64,000 bases of DNA from an uncultured Pseudomonadota bacterium (GCA_963739695.1 CAVUBB010000005.1:4342-68341), one strand, 5' to 3'. Shown: positions 32,221 to 42,025, counted from the first letter of the stretch. The notes: generated from the sequence alone by a model not told the origin. Numbers and translations are program-made.

Positions 32221-32874
32221 ATGTTGAGTCATCTGGGAACTCTGCTCTCACGCTGGTCCGAAAAGTACATGCCGGACCCCTTCATCTTCGCACTGGTTCT
32301 AACCTTTATCACCTATTTACTCGGCATCTTCATCGCACACCAGGGCCCCTTCCTGATGGTTCAGCACTGGTACAAGGGATTCTGGGAGCTTCTCTCTTTC
32401 GGCATGCAGATGGTGCTCATTCTGGTCACCGGCCATGCCCTTGCCAGCGCCCCGCTGATAAAAAAAATCCTCGGCCGGGTGGCCGACATCCCGAGAACGC
32501 CTTCCCAGGCGGTCTATCTGACCGGATTTGTCTCCTGCATTCTCGGCTGGATACACTGGGGATTCGGGCTCATCGGCGGGGGCGTCCTGGCCCTCTTTGT
32601 GGCCCGCTCCGCCCGGGAAAAAGGCTACCGGCTTCACTATCCGCTTGTGGTTGCCTCGGCCTACCTGACCATGCTTATCTGGCACAACGGCTTGTCCGGC
32701 TCCGGCCCACTTCTGTGCGCGACCCCAGGCCACTTCCTGGAATCAGAGACCGGCATCATCCCGATTTCAGCAACTATCTTCAGTCCCATGAACCTCATGA
32801 TCTCTGCTGGAATCCTCTTCGTTTGCCCACTGGTGATGACAATGTCAGCAGTTACCCGCACCCGTCAGCAATGA
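32221..32874 (+). CDS. short-chain fatty acid transporter (AtoE family), N-terminal half only; last ~8-10 codons are a chimeric tail
   Basis: RWSEKYMPDPFIFALVLTF...FGMQMVLILVTGHALASAPLIKK...LLCATPGHFLE aligns by eye with E. coli AtoE residues ~10-225. AtoE-type proteins are about 440 aa (from memory). The ORF stops inside the composition junction. Confidence 0.7.
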   Translation: MLSHLGTLLSRWSEKYMPDPFIFALVLTFITYLLGIFIAHQGPFLMVQHWYKGFWELLSFGMQMVLILVTGHALASAPLIKKILGRVADIPRTPSQAVYLTGFVSCILGWIHWGFGLIGGGVLALFVARSAREKGYRLHYPLVVASAYLTMLIWHNGLSGSGPLLCATPGHFLESETGIIPISATIFSPMNLMISAGILFVCPLVMTMSAVTRTRQQ

Positions 32875-32875
32875 C
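32845..32875. other. abrupt composition and gene-content junction (probable contig join or chimera)
   Basis: A truncated gene on each side. G+C rises sharply to the right. No IS end, tRNA, repeat or N spacer. Confidence 0.7.
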
Positions 32876-33782
32876 AGAGCCACGTATTGCTCGGCTGCTG
32901 TATGTAGCCGCCACGCGCGCGCGCCGCCGCCTGCATCTTCTGGGGCACGTGAAGCCGCGTATCGACAAGGAAGGCGAGGTCACCCTGAGCGCGCCTGCCG
33001 CGCCGACGCTGCTCGCGCAGTTGTGGCCGAGCGTCGAGGCTGAATTCCAGCGTGCTTTCGACGCGGCTGCTGCGCCGCCCGGGGCGGCAGGTGCCGAGGC
33101 GCCCGCGCCCGGTGCCACACTTTACCGCCTGCCGGTTGATTGGCGCCTGCCGCCGGCGCCACCTTCGCTCGATACGGTCCCGGCCGAGGCGGCTGCGGTG
33201 GAGGAAGCTATAATCGAGTTTCGCTGGGCCGGCGAGACCGCACGCCGCGTGGGTACGGTGGTGCACCGGGCCTTGCAGATCATCGCGCGCGAAGGCGCCG
33301 ACGCCTGGCCCGAGGCGCGCCTGCGTACGGCGGCACCCGCGCTGCGCGCATTGCTGGTCCAGGCCGGTGTGGGCGCGGGCGAACTCGAAGGCGCGCTGGC
33401 GCGCTGCATCGATTCGCTGGCGTGTACGCTCGCCGATGCCACCGGACGCTGGCTGCTCGACCCGGCCCATGCCGAGGCCCGCAGCGAATACGCACTGAGC
33501 GGCATGTTCGATGGGCGCCTGGTCACGGGCATCATCGATCGCAGCTTCGTCGACGAAGATGGCGTACGCTGGATCGTGGATTACAAGACGGGCGCGCACG
33601 AAGGCGGTTCGCTGGAAGCCTTCCTTGCCGCCGAACGCGAACGCTACGCGCCGCAGCTCACGCGCTACGCGCGCCTCATGGGCGCACGCGAGAAGCGCCC
33701 GGTCCGGCTGGCCTTGTATTTTCCGGCTCTGGCCGCATTCACCGAATGGGCGGCGCCGGAATCTGGAGGACGCGATGACTGA
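32871..33782 (+). CDS. C-terminal ~300 aa of a UvrD/AddA-type helicase with PD-(D/E)XK nuclease domain (5'-truncated)
   Basis: Helicase motif VI LLYVAATRARRRLHL at the very start. RecB-like nuclease motif GIIDRSFVDEDGVRWIVDYKTG near the end. The N-terminal ~800 aa expected for the family are absent. Confidence 0.7.
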   Translation: MTEPRIARLLYVAATRARRRLHLLGHVKPRIDKEGEVTLSAPAAPTLLAQLWPSVEAEFQRAFDAAAAPPGAAGAEAPAPGATLYRLPVDWRLPPAPPSLDTVPAEAAAVEEAIIEFRWAGETARRVGTVVHRALQIIAREGADAWPEARLRTAAPALRALLVQAGVGAGELEGALARCIDSLACTLADATGRWLLDPAHAEARSEYALSGMFDGRLVTGIIDRSFVDEDGVRWIVDYKTGAHEGGSLEAFLAAERERYAPQLTRYARLMGAREKRPVRLALYFPALAAFTEWAAPESGGRDD

Positions 33783-34674
33783 ACAGATACATCAACAGCT
33801 GGTGGTGGCGATCTCCTCGCGCGCGCTGTTCGATCTCGAAGAGAGTCACCGCGTGTTCATGGACGAAGGCCTCGAAGCCTATTCACGCTACCAGATCGAA
33901 CACGAAGACGAACTGCTCGAACCCGGCATCGCCTTCAACCTGGTGAACAAACTGCTGCGGCTCAACGAGGGCAGCAAGCACACGCGCGTGGATGTGATCC
34001 TGCTCTCGCACAACAGCGCCGATACCGGCCTGCGCATCTTCAACTCCATCCAGCATTACAAGTTGCAGATCACGCGTGCCGCATTCACCAACGGCCTCTC
34101 GCCGTACCGTTACGTGGCGCCGTTCGGAACCACGCTGTTTCTGTCCGCCGAACCCGACGATGTGCGCGCCGCGCTCGACGCCGGGTATGCCGCCGCCACC
34201 ATCGTGCCTTCGCGCGCCGGCGAGAGCGAAGGCGAGCAGCTGCGCATCGCTTTCGATGGCGATGCGGTGTTGTTCTCCGACGAGGCCGAACGCGTGTTCA
34301 AGGAGCAGGGCCTGGATGCCTTCGCCGAAAGCGAGAAGGCCGCGGCGCGCAAGCCACTATCCGGCGGTCCGTTCAAGGATTTCCTCGCCGCCCTGCACCG
34401 TATCCAGTCCGAATTTCCCATCGATGGCTCGCCCATCCGCACGGCACTGGTCACCGCACGCTCCGCCCCCGCGCACGAACGCGTGATCCGTACGCTGCGC
34501 GCGTGGGATATCCGTATCGACGAGGCGCTGTTCCTCGGCGGGCTCGATAAATCCGAATTCCTGCGCACCTTCGGGGCCGACATCTTCTTCGACGACCAGA
34601 CCGGACATTGCGAGCGCGCCTCGATGCATGTGGCCACCGGCCATGTGCCGCATGGCGTGGCCAACGAAAAATAA
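33775..34674 (+). CDS. 5'-nucleotidase (PF06189-type HAD-like)
   Basis: MTEQIHQQLVVAISSRALFDLEES...RIAFDGDAVLFSDEAERVF...PIRTALVTARSAPAHERVIRTLRAWDIRIDEALFLGG...IFFDDQ. ATG at 33775 overlaps the upstream stop. Confidence 0.8.
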   Translation: MTEQIHQQLVVAISSRALFDLEESHRVFMDEGLEAYSRYQIEHEDELLEPGIAFNLVNKLLRLNEGSKHTRVDVILLSHNSADTGLRIFNSIQHYKLQITRAAFTNGLSPYRYVAPFGTTLFLSAEPDDVRAALDAGYAAATIVPSRAGESEGEQLRIAFDGDAVLFSDEAERVFKEQGLDAFAESEKAAARKPLSGGPFKDFLAALHRIQSEFPIDGSPIRTALVTARSAPAHERVIRTLRAWDIRIDEALFLGGLDKSEFLRTFGADIFFDDQTGHCERASMHVATGHVPHGVANEK

Positions 34675-34701
34675 GTACGCAGATCCTTTCGGGAGTGATC
34701 C

Positions 34702-35748
34702 ATGCACGAGATCGACAGTTGGCGCGAAGAGCGCCAGTCCGCCTACCTCTATCGCGTGATCGCCGAGATCGAAGCGGCCTCGCCGCGCAGGCAGCAGTTG
34801 TTCATCCGCCTTGCCGAGGCGGCGGAGAACCAGGCCGAGACCTGGGTAAGGCTCGCGGCCGAGAAGGGCTTGCAGCTGCCGCACAGTTTTCACCCGCCGC
34901 TGCGCGTGCGCGTGGTCATCTGGCTGCTGCATCGCTTCGGTCCGCGCCCGCTGATCCAGGTGCTCGCGGCGATGAAAGTACGCGGTCTCTCGGTGTATAC
35001 GCAGCCGCAGCATGCCTTGAGCGAACACCCCACACCCACATCCGTGGACGTGCTGGAGAAGCGCCACGCCGGACTTACCGGCGGTGGCAACCTGCGCGCC
35101 GCGATCTTCGGTATCAACGACGGTCTGGTCTCCAACGCCAGCCTGATCCTGGGCGTGGCCGGCGCCGCGCTCGATAACGCCGCCATCCTGCTCACCGGTC
35201 TGGCCGGACTGCTCGCCGGGGCCGCTTCGATGGCCTCGGGCGAATACGTCTCCGTGCGTTCGCAGCGCGAGATGTTCGAATACCAGATCGGTCTCGAGAA
35301 AGACGAACTCGATGCCTATCCAGAAGAAGAGGCGATGGAGCTCGCGCTCATCTACGAAGCACGCGGGCTGGATGCCGACAAGGCACGCGAACTGGCCGAT
35401 ACCGTGATCAGCGATCCCGAACGCGCACTCGATGCGCTCGCGCGCGAAGAGCTCGGCCTCAACCCCGACGAACTCGGTTCGCCCTGGGGCGCGGCGATCT
35501 CCTCGTTCCTCGCCTTCGGCTTCGGCGCACTCGTGCCCCTGGTGCCGTACTTCTTCGGACACGGCGAGCGCAACCTCGAATGGACGGTGGGGCTGACGCT
35601 GCTTTCGCTGTTTGGCGTGGGCGCCGCCACCAGTCTCTTTACCGGGCGCAGTGCCTGGCGCAGCGGACTGCGCATGGTCCTGATCGGCGGTGCCGCCGGG
35701 GCGGTTACCTATGCCCTGGGGCACTTTCTTGGCGTCAATCTCGGTTAA
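34702..35748 (+). CDS. VIT1/CCC1-family iron/manganese transporter with N-terminal ferritin-like extension
   Basis: LRAAIFGINDGLVSNASLILGVAGA...ASMASGEYVSVRSQRE...five TM segments. Confidence 0.85.
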   Translation: MHEIDSWREERQSAYLYRVIAEIEAASPRRQQLFIRLAEAAENQAETWVRLAAEKGLQLPHSFHPPLRVRVVIWLLHRFGPRPLIQVLAAMKVRGLSVYTQPQHALSEHPTPTSVDVLEKRHAGLTGGGNLRAAIFGINDGLVSNASLILGVAGAALDNAAILLTGLAGLLAGAASMASGEYVSVRSQREMFEYQIGLEKDELDAYPEEEAMELALIYEARGLDADKARELADTVISDPERALDALAREELGLNPDELGSPWGAAISSFLAFGFGALVPLVPYFFGHGERNLEWTVGLTLLSLFGVGAATSLFTGRSAWRSGLRMVLIGGAAGAVTYALGHFLGVNLG

Positions 35749-35968
35749 GTCGGCTGGTTCTCTCGTGTGAGCCTGGAATAGGGCTCGCAGGAAGAGCTGG
35801 AGCATCTTGAAGAAGACGTCTCACGCGAAGGCGCGAAGGCGCGAAGAAAAGACAAGGAGCAAAAAAACCGGAACAGATCTTTTCTCTTCGCTCTTCTTTT
35901 TCTTCTCTTCACTTTGCGGTTTCGCGCCCTCGCGTGAGCCATTCTTCTGTTCACCGCCGCAGGCGAGA

Positions 35969-35997
35969 TAAAAAAATGGCGGGCCGAAGCCCGCCAT
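35969..35997 (-). terminator. Rho-independent terminator after pepO (usable from both sides)
   Basis: ATGGCGGGC-cgaa-GCCCGCCAT 9-bp stem preceded on the plus strand by A7 (a U-tract for the minus-strand transcript). It sits between the convergent VIT and pepO genes. Confidence 0.7.
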
Positions 35998-36032
35998 CCA
36001 TCTTCATCGCACTTCAGTGCGAGCGAGTCAGA

Positions 36033-38087
36033 TCACCAGATCTCGCACCGATGCTTCGGCGCCATCGGCGCACCGTCCTTGATCCCGAACGCCTGCTGGA
36101 ATTCCGGCGTGTCGGAAAGCGTTCCGTTCACGCGGTATTTCGCGGGCGGATGCGGGTCGATGGTGATGCGACGGCTGGCTTCGGCCGGGCGGATGTTGCT
36201 GGCCCAGACATTGGCGAAGCTGAGGAAGAACAGCTGATCGGCGGTGAAGCCGTCGTAGGTCTTGCCCTGTTCCGCCTTGCCTGCGTCGGAAGCCTGGAAG
36301 GCGTTGTAGGCCAGCTTCACGCCGCCGATGTCGGCGATCGCTTCACCGGTCACCAGCTTGCCCTGCACGTGGGTGTCGCCGTTTACGGTGTAACCGGAGA
36401 ACTGGTGCACCACGCACTGGGTACGTTCCTTGAAGGCTTTCTTGTCGGCCTTGGTCCACCAGTTGTTCAGGTTGCCCTTGGCATCGTACTGGCTGCCCTG
36501 GTCGTCGAAGCCGTGAGTGATCTCATGGCCCATGACCACGCCCGCGGCACCGTAGTTGACCGCGGCGATCGCATCGGCGTTGAAGAAGGGCGGCTGCAGG
36601 ATACCGGCCGGGAACACGATCTCGTTGTTCGACGGATCGTAGTAGGCGTTCACGGTCTGCGGCGTCATGTACCACTCGTTGTGATCCACCGGCTGGCCGA
36701 TCTTGTTCAGCTCGCGGTGATTGTCGAACTCGGCCGCGCGCATCACGTTGAGCACGTACGGGCCGCGGTCGATCTCGAGCGCGGAGTAATCACGCCACTT
36801 GTCCGGGTAGCCGATCTTCTCGTGGATCTGCGAGAGCTTGTAGATCGCCGCCTTGCGGGTCGCGGGGCTCATCCAGCTCAGCTGTTCCAGGTCGGCCTTC
36901 AGCGCGCCTTTCACGTTGTGCAGGATAGAGATCACGCGCGCCTTGGATTCGGGCGGGAAATACTTTTCGACATACTTCTGGCCCACGGCGAAACCGAGCG
37001 CGTTGTCTTCGGCTCCGATCACGCGCTGCCAGCGCGGATGCAGTTTCTTGGCGCCCGAGAGCACCGAGTTCATCTTGAAGTCTTCATCCACGAAGGCCTT
37101 GGAAAGATACGGCGCTGCGCGGTCGACAAGGTGCCAGCGCAGATAGGTCTTCCAGTCATCCATCGAGCGGTGCGCGAGCGACTTGCTGACTTCGTTGAAG
37201 AACTTCGGGTTGAGCACGTTCACGCTCTGCTGCTCGGGGATGCCGACCAGGGTGAAGTACTTCTTCCAGGAAAACTGCGGCGTCATCTTCTCGAGCTTGA
37301 CGAGCTTGGTCGGATGATAGATCGCGTGCGGGTCGCGACGCTGGACGCGTGTCATCGAGGCCTTGGCCAGATCCATCTCGATGGACATCACGGTGTCGGC
37401 GTCTTTTGCCGCCTGTTTGGCGTCTTCGCCCAGCAGCTGGAACATGGCGCCCATGTGCTTGACGTAGGCGTCACGGATCTCTTTGTGCTTCTTGTCTTTC
37501 TTGGTGTAGTAATCGCGGTCCGGCAGGCCGAGTCCGCCCTGATCGGCGGCCCCGATCATCTTGCTGCTGTCCTTGAAGTCCTGCATGTTGCCGAAGCTGA
37601 ACAGCGCGTGTACGCCCATCAGGTGCAGGCGGGCGATCTCGTCTTCGAGGCCGGCCATGTCCTTGATGTCGTCGATGCGCTTGAGTTCGGGCTTCAACGG
37701 ATCGATGCCGGCCTTGTCGATGGCGGCCTCGTCCATGCCGCTGGCATAGAAATCACCGATCTTCTGCTCGATGCTGCCCTTGGGCGCCTTGGTGTCGGCG
37801 GCGGCGGCTTCGAGGATGGTGCGCATCTTCTCCTGGTTGTTCTTGTACAGGACGGAGAACGTGCCCCAGCGCGAATATTCGTCGGGGATCGGGTTGGCCT
37901 TGCGCCAGCCGCCGTCGGCGTACTCGAAGAAGTTGTCGCCCGGGGAGACCGAACGGTCGAGATTATTCAGATCGAAGCCGCTCGAATTGGTGGCCGGTGC
38001 GGTGTCGGCCATGGCCAGCAGGGGCAGCACGCAAAGGCTGCCTGCCAGCAAGTATTTGGAAAACCCCATCTTCTCCTCCTGGTTCAT
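36033..38087 (-). CDS. pepO: M13-family zinc metallopeptidase (PepO / endothelin-converting-enzyme-like)
   Basis: 684 aa, signal peptide, VMGHEITHGFDDQG (HExxH) and the ...NAYY.../GENIAD-like block GEAIADIGG. Confidence 0.9.
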   Translation of the reverse strand: MNQEEKMGFSKYLLAGSLCVLPLLAMADTAPATNSSGFDLNNLDRSVSPGDNFFEYADGGWRKANPIPDEYSRWGTFSVLYKNNQEKMRTILEAAAADTKAPKGSIEQKIGDFYASGMDEAAIDKAGIDPLKPELKRIDDIKDMAGLEDEIARLHLMGVHALFSFGNMQDFKDSSKMIGAADQGGLGLPDRDYYTKKDKKHKEIRDAYVKHMGAMFQLLGEDAKQAAKDADTVMSIEMDLAKASMTRVQRRDPHAIYHPTKLVKLEKMTPQFSWKKYFTLVGIPEQQSVNVLNPKFFNEVSKSLAHRSMDDWKTYLRWHLVDRAAPYLSKAFVDEDFKMNSVLSGAKKLHPRWQRVIGAEDNALGFAVGQKYVEKYFPPESKARVISILHNVKGALKADLEQLSWMSPATRKAAIYKLSQIHEKIGYPDKWRDYSALEIDRGPYVLNVMRAAEFDNHRELNKIGQPVDHNEWYMTPQTVNAYYDPSNNEIVFPAGILQPPFFNADAIAAVNYGAAGVVMGHEITHGFDDQGSQYDAKGNLNNWWTKADKKAFKERTQCVVHQFSGYTVNGDTHVQGKLVTGEAIADIGGVKLAYNAFQASDAGKAEQGKTYDGFTADQLFFLSFANVWASNIRPAEASRRITIDPHPPAKYRVNGTLSDTPEFQQAFGIKDGAPMAPKHRCEIW

Positions 38088-38608
38088 AAAGCATGGATGC
38101 CATGCCCGGCCGATATTAGAGCCGGGATGGCGGCACCGGTTCCCTTCGGGGTCGGCACAGGACTCCCCACGGGCGGGTTTCAGGCCCGTCTCTCGAAATA
38201 GGGAGCCAAGGCACTATAAACGAAAGCTTCCGTAAGCGGGAGTCGGCGCACGCCGCCAGCCCGGATTTGCGCATCGCGGCCCAGTTCGGACACTATCGGG
38301 ACATTCCGGCTGAGGGAATGGCGCCGCGAACGTCCGGCTTTGCACGTTACCGGCAGCCTTCGTGGCCACAGGGGGGGCGGGAATCTTCAAACTATCGACG
38401 GAGGAAGCCCCGTGAAAACGAGGAGTACTACATGACCTACAAGGTGGATTACCACGGCGGTCTGAAGTACCCGCAGCTGGTGCGCGAGACAGGCGTGCCC
38501 GACCGTCTGTCGAAGATCATCGCGGCACATGCAGATACGAGATAGGGGAGGAGCCTGACGGCCGGCGGGCGAAGACCCGTCGGCCGTATTTTCCGGCGTC
38601 ACCCGATC

Positions 38609-39727
38609 TCACCGGGGAACGATCAATCCGCCGGGTACACCTTCGGGCGAGAGCACGAGTTGCCAGAGCTGGTCGCGCCGGGAACGGAACGCGCCCGCGC
38701 TCACGCCCAGATAGTAGTGCCACATGCGGCGGAAGCGTTCGCCGTAGCGTTGGGCGATCTCGGGCCAGCGGCGGTCGAAGTTGGCGCGCCAGGCCATCAG
38801 CGTGCGGTCGTAATCGGGGCCGAAGTTGTGCCAGTCCTCGATCACGAACAAGTGCTCCATGGCGGCGGTCACCTGGGCCGCGGAAGGGATCATGGAGTTG
38901 GGGAAGATGTAGCGCTCGATCCAGGGGTCGGTGCGCGTTTCGGAGACGTCGCGGCCGATGAAGTGGAGCAGGAACAGGCCATCGGGTTTGAGCAGCGCGC
39001 GCATCTTCTCCATGTAGGGGCGGTAGTTCTTGTAGCCCACGTGCTCGAACATGCCGATCGAGAGGATGCGGTCGTAGGTGCCGGGCGTGTCGTGATAGTC
39101 CTCCAGCCGGATATCCACCGGCAGACCCGCGCAGATTTCTTGCGCGCGCTCGTACTGGTGGCGCGATACCGTGATCCCGGTCACTTCCACGCCATATCGC
39201 TCCGCCGCAAAACGCGCCATCCCGCCCCAGCCGCAGCCCACGTCCAGCACGCGCATGCCGGGCTCGAGCCCCAGCTTGCGACAGACCAGATCGAGCTTGG
39301 CCTCCTGCGCGGCATCGAGATCGCCCGCCTCGCGCCAGTAGCCGCAGCTGTAGATCATGCGTTTGTCGAGCATGCGCTCATAGAGGTCGTCGCCGATGTC
39401 GTAGTGGTCCTGCCCCACCTTGTAGGCACGTTTCCCGCGCTGGAGGTTGATCAGGCGCGCGCGCAGGGCCAGCAGCGCTTCGCGCCAGGGCACCACGCGC
39501 TCGTCGATATGGTTGATCAGCAGGTTATGGAAGAACTGGTCCAGGCTTTCGCAATCCCACCAGCCGTCCATGTAGGATTCGCCCAGGCCCAGCGAGCCGT
39601 GGGCCAGGACGCGTTCGAAGAAGCGGGGGTCGTGGACTTCGATGTCGCAGGGGCGCCCGCCGCCGACAGTCACATCAGCGCTGGCCAGCAAGGCCTCGAT
39701 GCGTTGTCGCAGTCTTCCTGCGGGCAT
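38609..39727 (-). CDS. cfa: cyclopropane-fatty-acyl-phospholipid synthase
   Basis: SAM-binding VLDVGCGWGGMARFAAERYG, IGMFEHVG, and a typical CFA N-terminal region (LGLGESYMDGWWDC). Start taken at MPAGRL (39727). The ORF extends to 39832. Confidence 0.85.
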   Translation of the reverse strand: MPAGRLRQRIEALLASADVTVGGGRPCDIEVHDPRFFERVLAHGSLGLGESYMDGWWDCESLDQFFHNLLINHIDERVVPWREALLALRARLINLQRGKRAYKVGQDHYDIGDDLYERMLDKRMIYSCGYWREAGDLDAAQEAKLDLVCRKLGLEPGMRVLDVGCGWGGMARFAAERYGVEVTGITVSRHQYERAQEICAGLPVDIRLEDYHDTPGTYDRILSIGMFEHVGYKNYRPYMEKMRALLKPDGLFLLHFIGRDVSETRTDPWIERYIFPNSMIPSAAQVTAAMEHLFVIEDWHNFGPDYDRTLMAWRANFDRRWPEIAQRYGERFRRMWHYYLGVSAGAFRSRRDQLWQLVLSPEGVPGGLIVPR

Positions 39728-39838
39728 GATCGGTATGGATGAGCTTCCTTTTCCGTCCATCCAAGATAAAGCGCTGGGGTCACCGGAGCAAGTTCCGCTC
39801 CGGTGACCGCTCGCGCCGGCCGACGTGCGCACGTGAAG

Positions 39839-40297
39839 CTACTTCACGATCTTCCAGCTGCCGTCGGCCTGCCGGCATGCCGTTCCGTACACCTGTTGGG
39901 TCTTGCCGCCGACCTGCGAATCCATGGTGAATTCGCGACACGGCGTGCCCTGCGACTCGTAGGTCTGCGTCGGGGTCACGGTATAGCTGTTGCCGGAATC
40001 CGGGTTCACCCAGCTGCTCGACTGGTTGGTGCGGTTGGTTTCAAATACCTGGGCGGTGCGCGCCCGGTCCTGCGCATCCATCGACTGGCCGATGGCCGAA
40101 CCCACTGCGGTGCCTACCATGGTACCGATGATGATGGCGGCGATGCGCCCTTCGCCCCGGCCGATGGTGGAACCCACAGCCGCGCCGGTGGCGCCGCCCA
40201 CCAGCGCGCCGGTCTGCTCGTGGGTCGCGCAGGCGGCGGCGAACACCAGCAATATGGCGCCCGCGATAGTCTTTATCCTGGAAGTCTCGATCTTCAT
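39839..40297 (-). CDS. glycine-zipper outer-membrane lipoprotein (17-kDa surface antigen / SlyB-like)
   Basis: Lipobox VFAAAC. Glycine zipper GALVGGATGAAVGSTIG...IIIGTMVGTAVGSAIG. C-terminal CREFT...GTACRQADGSWKIV. Confidence 0.8.
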   Translation of the reverse strand: MKIETSRIKTIAGAILLVFAAACATHEQTGALVGGATGAAVGSTIGRGEGRIAAIIIGTMVGTAVGSAIGQSMDAQDRARTAQVFETNRTNQSSSWVNPDSGNSYTVTPTQTYESQGTPCREFTMDSQVGGKTQQVYGTACRQADGSWKIVK

Positions 40298-40483
40298 GGC
40301 GTGTCCTCGCATCCATAAGTGCCGCCCAGACCGATCTGCGGGCGGCGCGCATCCGTCCTTCAGGCCAATGCTAGGGCGCGCTCCAGGCGCTGTCTTTCGG
40401 TATTTCTACGCAGGGCGACGCACAAAAAAGCCCCCGCCGGAACAGGTCCGGCGGGGGCGGTAGCGAGGCGTTTTCGGGTTCGA

Positions 40484-41896
40484 TCAATCCTTGTCGGCGG
40501 TACCGGCATGATAGATCTCGGGCTGCGGTTTGCCGCTCACCTCAAGGTAACCAGCCAACCCGCGCTCCATGCGCGACAGCGCATGGTCCACCAGTATGTA
40601 TTTGCCCGGAACGTGCAGCTTGAACTGGGCCACCGTCGCGCCGCCGGGCGGCACGGAGATGGTCTGTACGTCCTTGCTGGGCGGAGTCGCCAGCGAACCC
40701 CAGGGCCAGACCTCATCCATGATCTCGCCGATCACGTGGAACGAGGAGGTGAAGTTGGGGCCGCCCACACCGAAGTAGATGCGCACCGTGTCGCCCACCT
40801 GCGCCTTCAGCGGATGGTTCTTGGTCAGCGCGCCCACCGCGCCGTTGAACACGAAGTAGGTCGGCTGCTCGTCCAGCAGTTTGTTCACGTCGAACTCCTG
40901 CTTGCCGTGCTGGCCGTAGGCGCCGGTGGTGTACATGTCGCCCTGCATCACATAGAACTCGTGATCGACCTTGGGCAGGCCGCCTTCGGGTTCGACCAGG
41001 ATCATGCCGTACATGCCGTTGGCGATGTGGTTGGCCACCATCGGCGTGGCGCAGTGGTAGACGAACAGGCCGGGCTTGAGCGCCTTGAAGGTCAGCGACT
41101 TCTCCTCGCCCGGCGGCACCTGCAACACGGCCGCGCCGCCACCGGGGCCGGTCACCGCGTGCAGGTCGATGGAGTGGATCATGCGGCTCTTGGCCGAGTT
41201 CTTCAGATGCAGTTCCACGGTGTCGCCCACGCGCACGCGCAGGAACGGGCCCGGCACCTTGCCGTTGAAGGTCCAGTAGTTATAGGTGGTGCCGTCCGCC
41301 AGCAGACCCTTCACTTCCTCGGTATAGAGGTGGATCTTGACCAGCTTCGGGGCGCGGTCACCGATCGGTCCCGGCAGGTCGGTCGGGTCGCGACTGATAT
41401 CCACGGCATCGGTCTTGGCCGCCACCGGGCCGCCCGAGCCGACCACGATGAAACCGTCCATGCCCGCCTGGCGATGGCCGGGCAGGGTGCAAAAGTAATG
41501 GAACTTGCCTTCCTTGTCGGCGCGGAACACGATCACCGTGCTCGCGCCCTTGCCCACGACGTGGTCGGAGAGCGCATCGAATTCCGGAAAGTTGATGTTG
41601 TGCTCGGCACCGTCGCCGTCGATCAGCGTCACCTGCACGATGTCGCCCGGCTTCACGTGCAGGGTCGGGTTGTACTGCCCGTCGATGAGTCCACCCACAC
41701 CCACGAAGGCCATGCCTTCCTTGCCGATATCGGTCTTCAACGTGTAACTGACATCGGGGTTATAGGTAGCCGGCGAGTTCGGCAGGTTGCTGTTGAACGC
41801 GAACGCGTTGGAAAACGCACCCGCGAGCGCCAGCGCGGCCAGGCCGGCGAGCAGCCGGATGGTCCGGGGCATCGGGTGAATGCGGTGTGGTCTCAT
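40484..41896 (-). CDS. nirK: copper-containing nitrite reductase with an extra N-terminal type-1 cupredoxin domain
   Basis: Core NirK motifs IHSIDLHAVTGPGGG and VYHCATPMVANHIANGMYGMILVEP. The N-terminal ~130 aa carry AEHNI...YFCTLPGHRQAGM (His...Cys-x4-His-x4-Met T1Cu ligand pattern). Signal peptide present. Confidence 0.9.
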   Translation of the reverse strand: MRPHRIHPMPRTIRLLAGLAALALAGAFSNAFAFNSNLPNSPATYNPDVSYTLKTDIGKEGMAFVGVGGLIDGQYNPTLHVKPGDIVQVTLIDGDGAEHNINFPEFDALSDHVVGKGASTVIVFRADKEGKFHYFCTLPGHRQAGMDGFIVVGSGGPVAAKTDAVDISRDPTDLPGPIGDRAPKLVKIHLYTEEVKGLLADGTTYNYWTFNGKVPGPFLRVRVGDTVELHLKNSAKSRMIHSIDLHAVTGPGGGAAVLQVPPGEEKSLTFKALKPGLFVYHCATPMVANHIANGMYGMILVEPEGGLPKVDHEFYVMQGDMYTTGAYGQHGKQEFDVNKLLDEQPTYFVFNGAVGALTKNHPLKAQVGDTVRIYFGVGGPNFTSSFHVIGEIMDEVWPWGSLATPPSKDVQTISVPPGGATVAQFKLHVPGKYILVDHALSRMERGLAGYLEVSGKPQPEIYHAGTADKD

Positions 41897-42025
41897 TGCC
41901 TATCTCCTTGCCTGAGGCAGCTGGGTTTCTTCCGGAGCCTTCGTCATCCGGTCGCGACCGCGCCGGAGTGGATCTAAGGTTCCTTAGACTGAGTACAAGT
42001 GTAGGCGCTCAGACAAAAGATGCCC

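Noticed and set aside
32715-32870. N-terminal 52 codons of track ORF 32715..33782
   Set aside because: This part reads out of frame through the AtoE-like gene and across the composition junction. Only the part from about 32871 onward is genuine helicase-nuclease coding sequence.
34357-35805. 482-aa minus-strand ORF, plus 38660..39742 plus-strand ORF
   Set aside because: They lie antisense to the VIT-family and 5'-nucleotidase genes and to cfa respectively. No motifs were recognised.
35934-38201. 755-aa plus-strand ORF
   Set aside because: It lies antisense to the well-supported M13 peptidase gene (HEITH motif). Its composition is low-complexity Ala/Gly/Val/Arg/Leu, typical of shadow ORFs in high-G+C DNA.
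40319-41977. 552-aa plus-strand ORF
   Set aside because: It lies antisense to nirK and has no recognisable motifs. It is a high-G+C shadow ORF.
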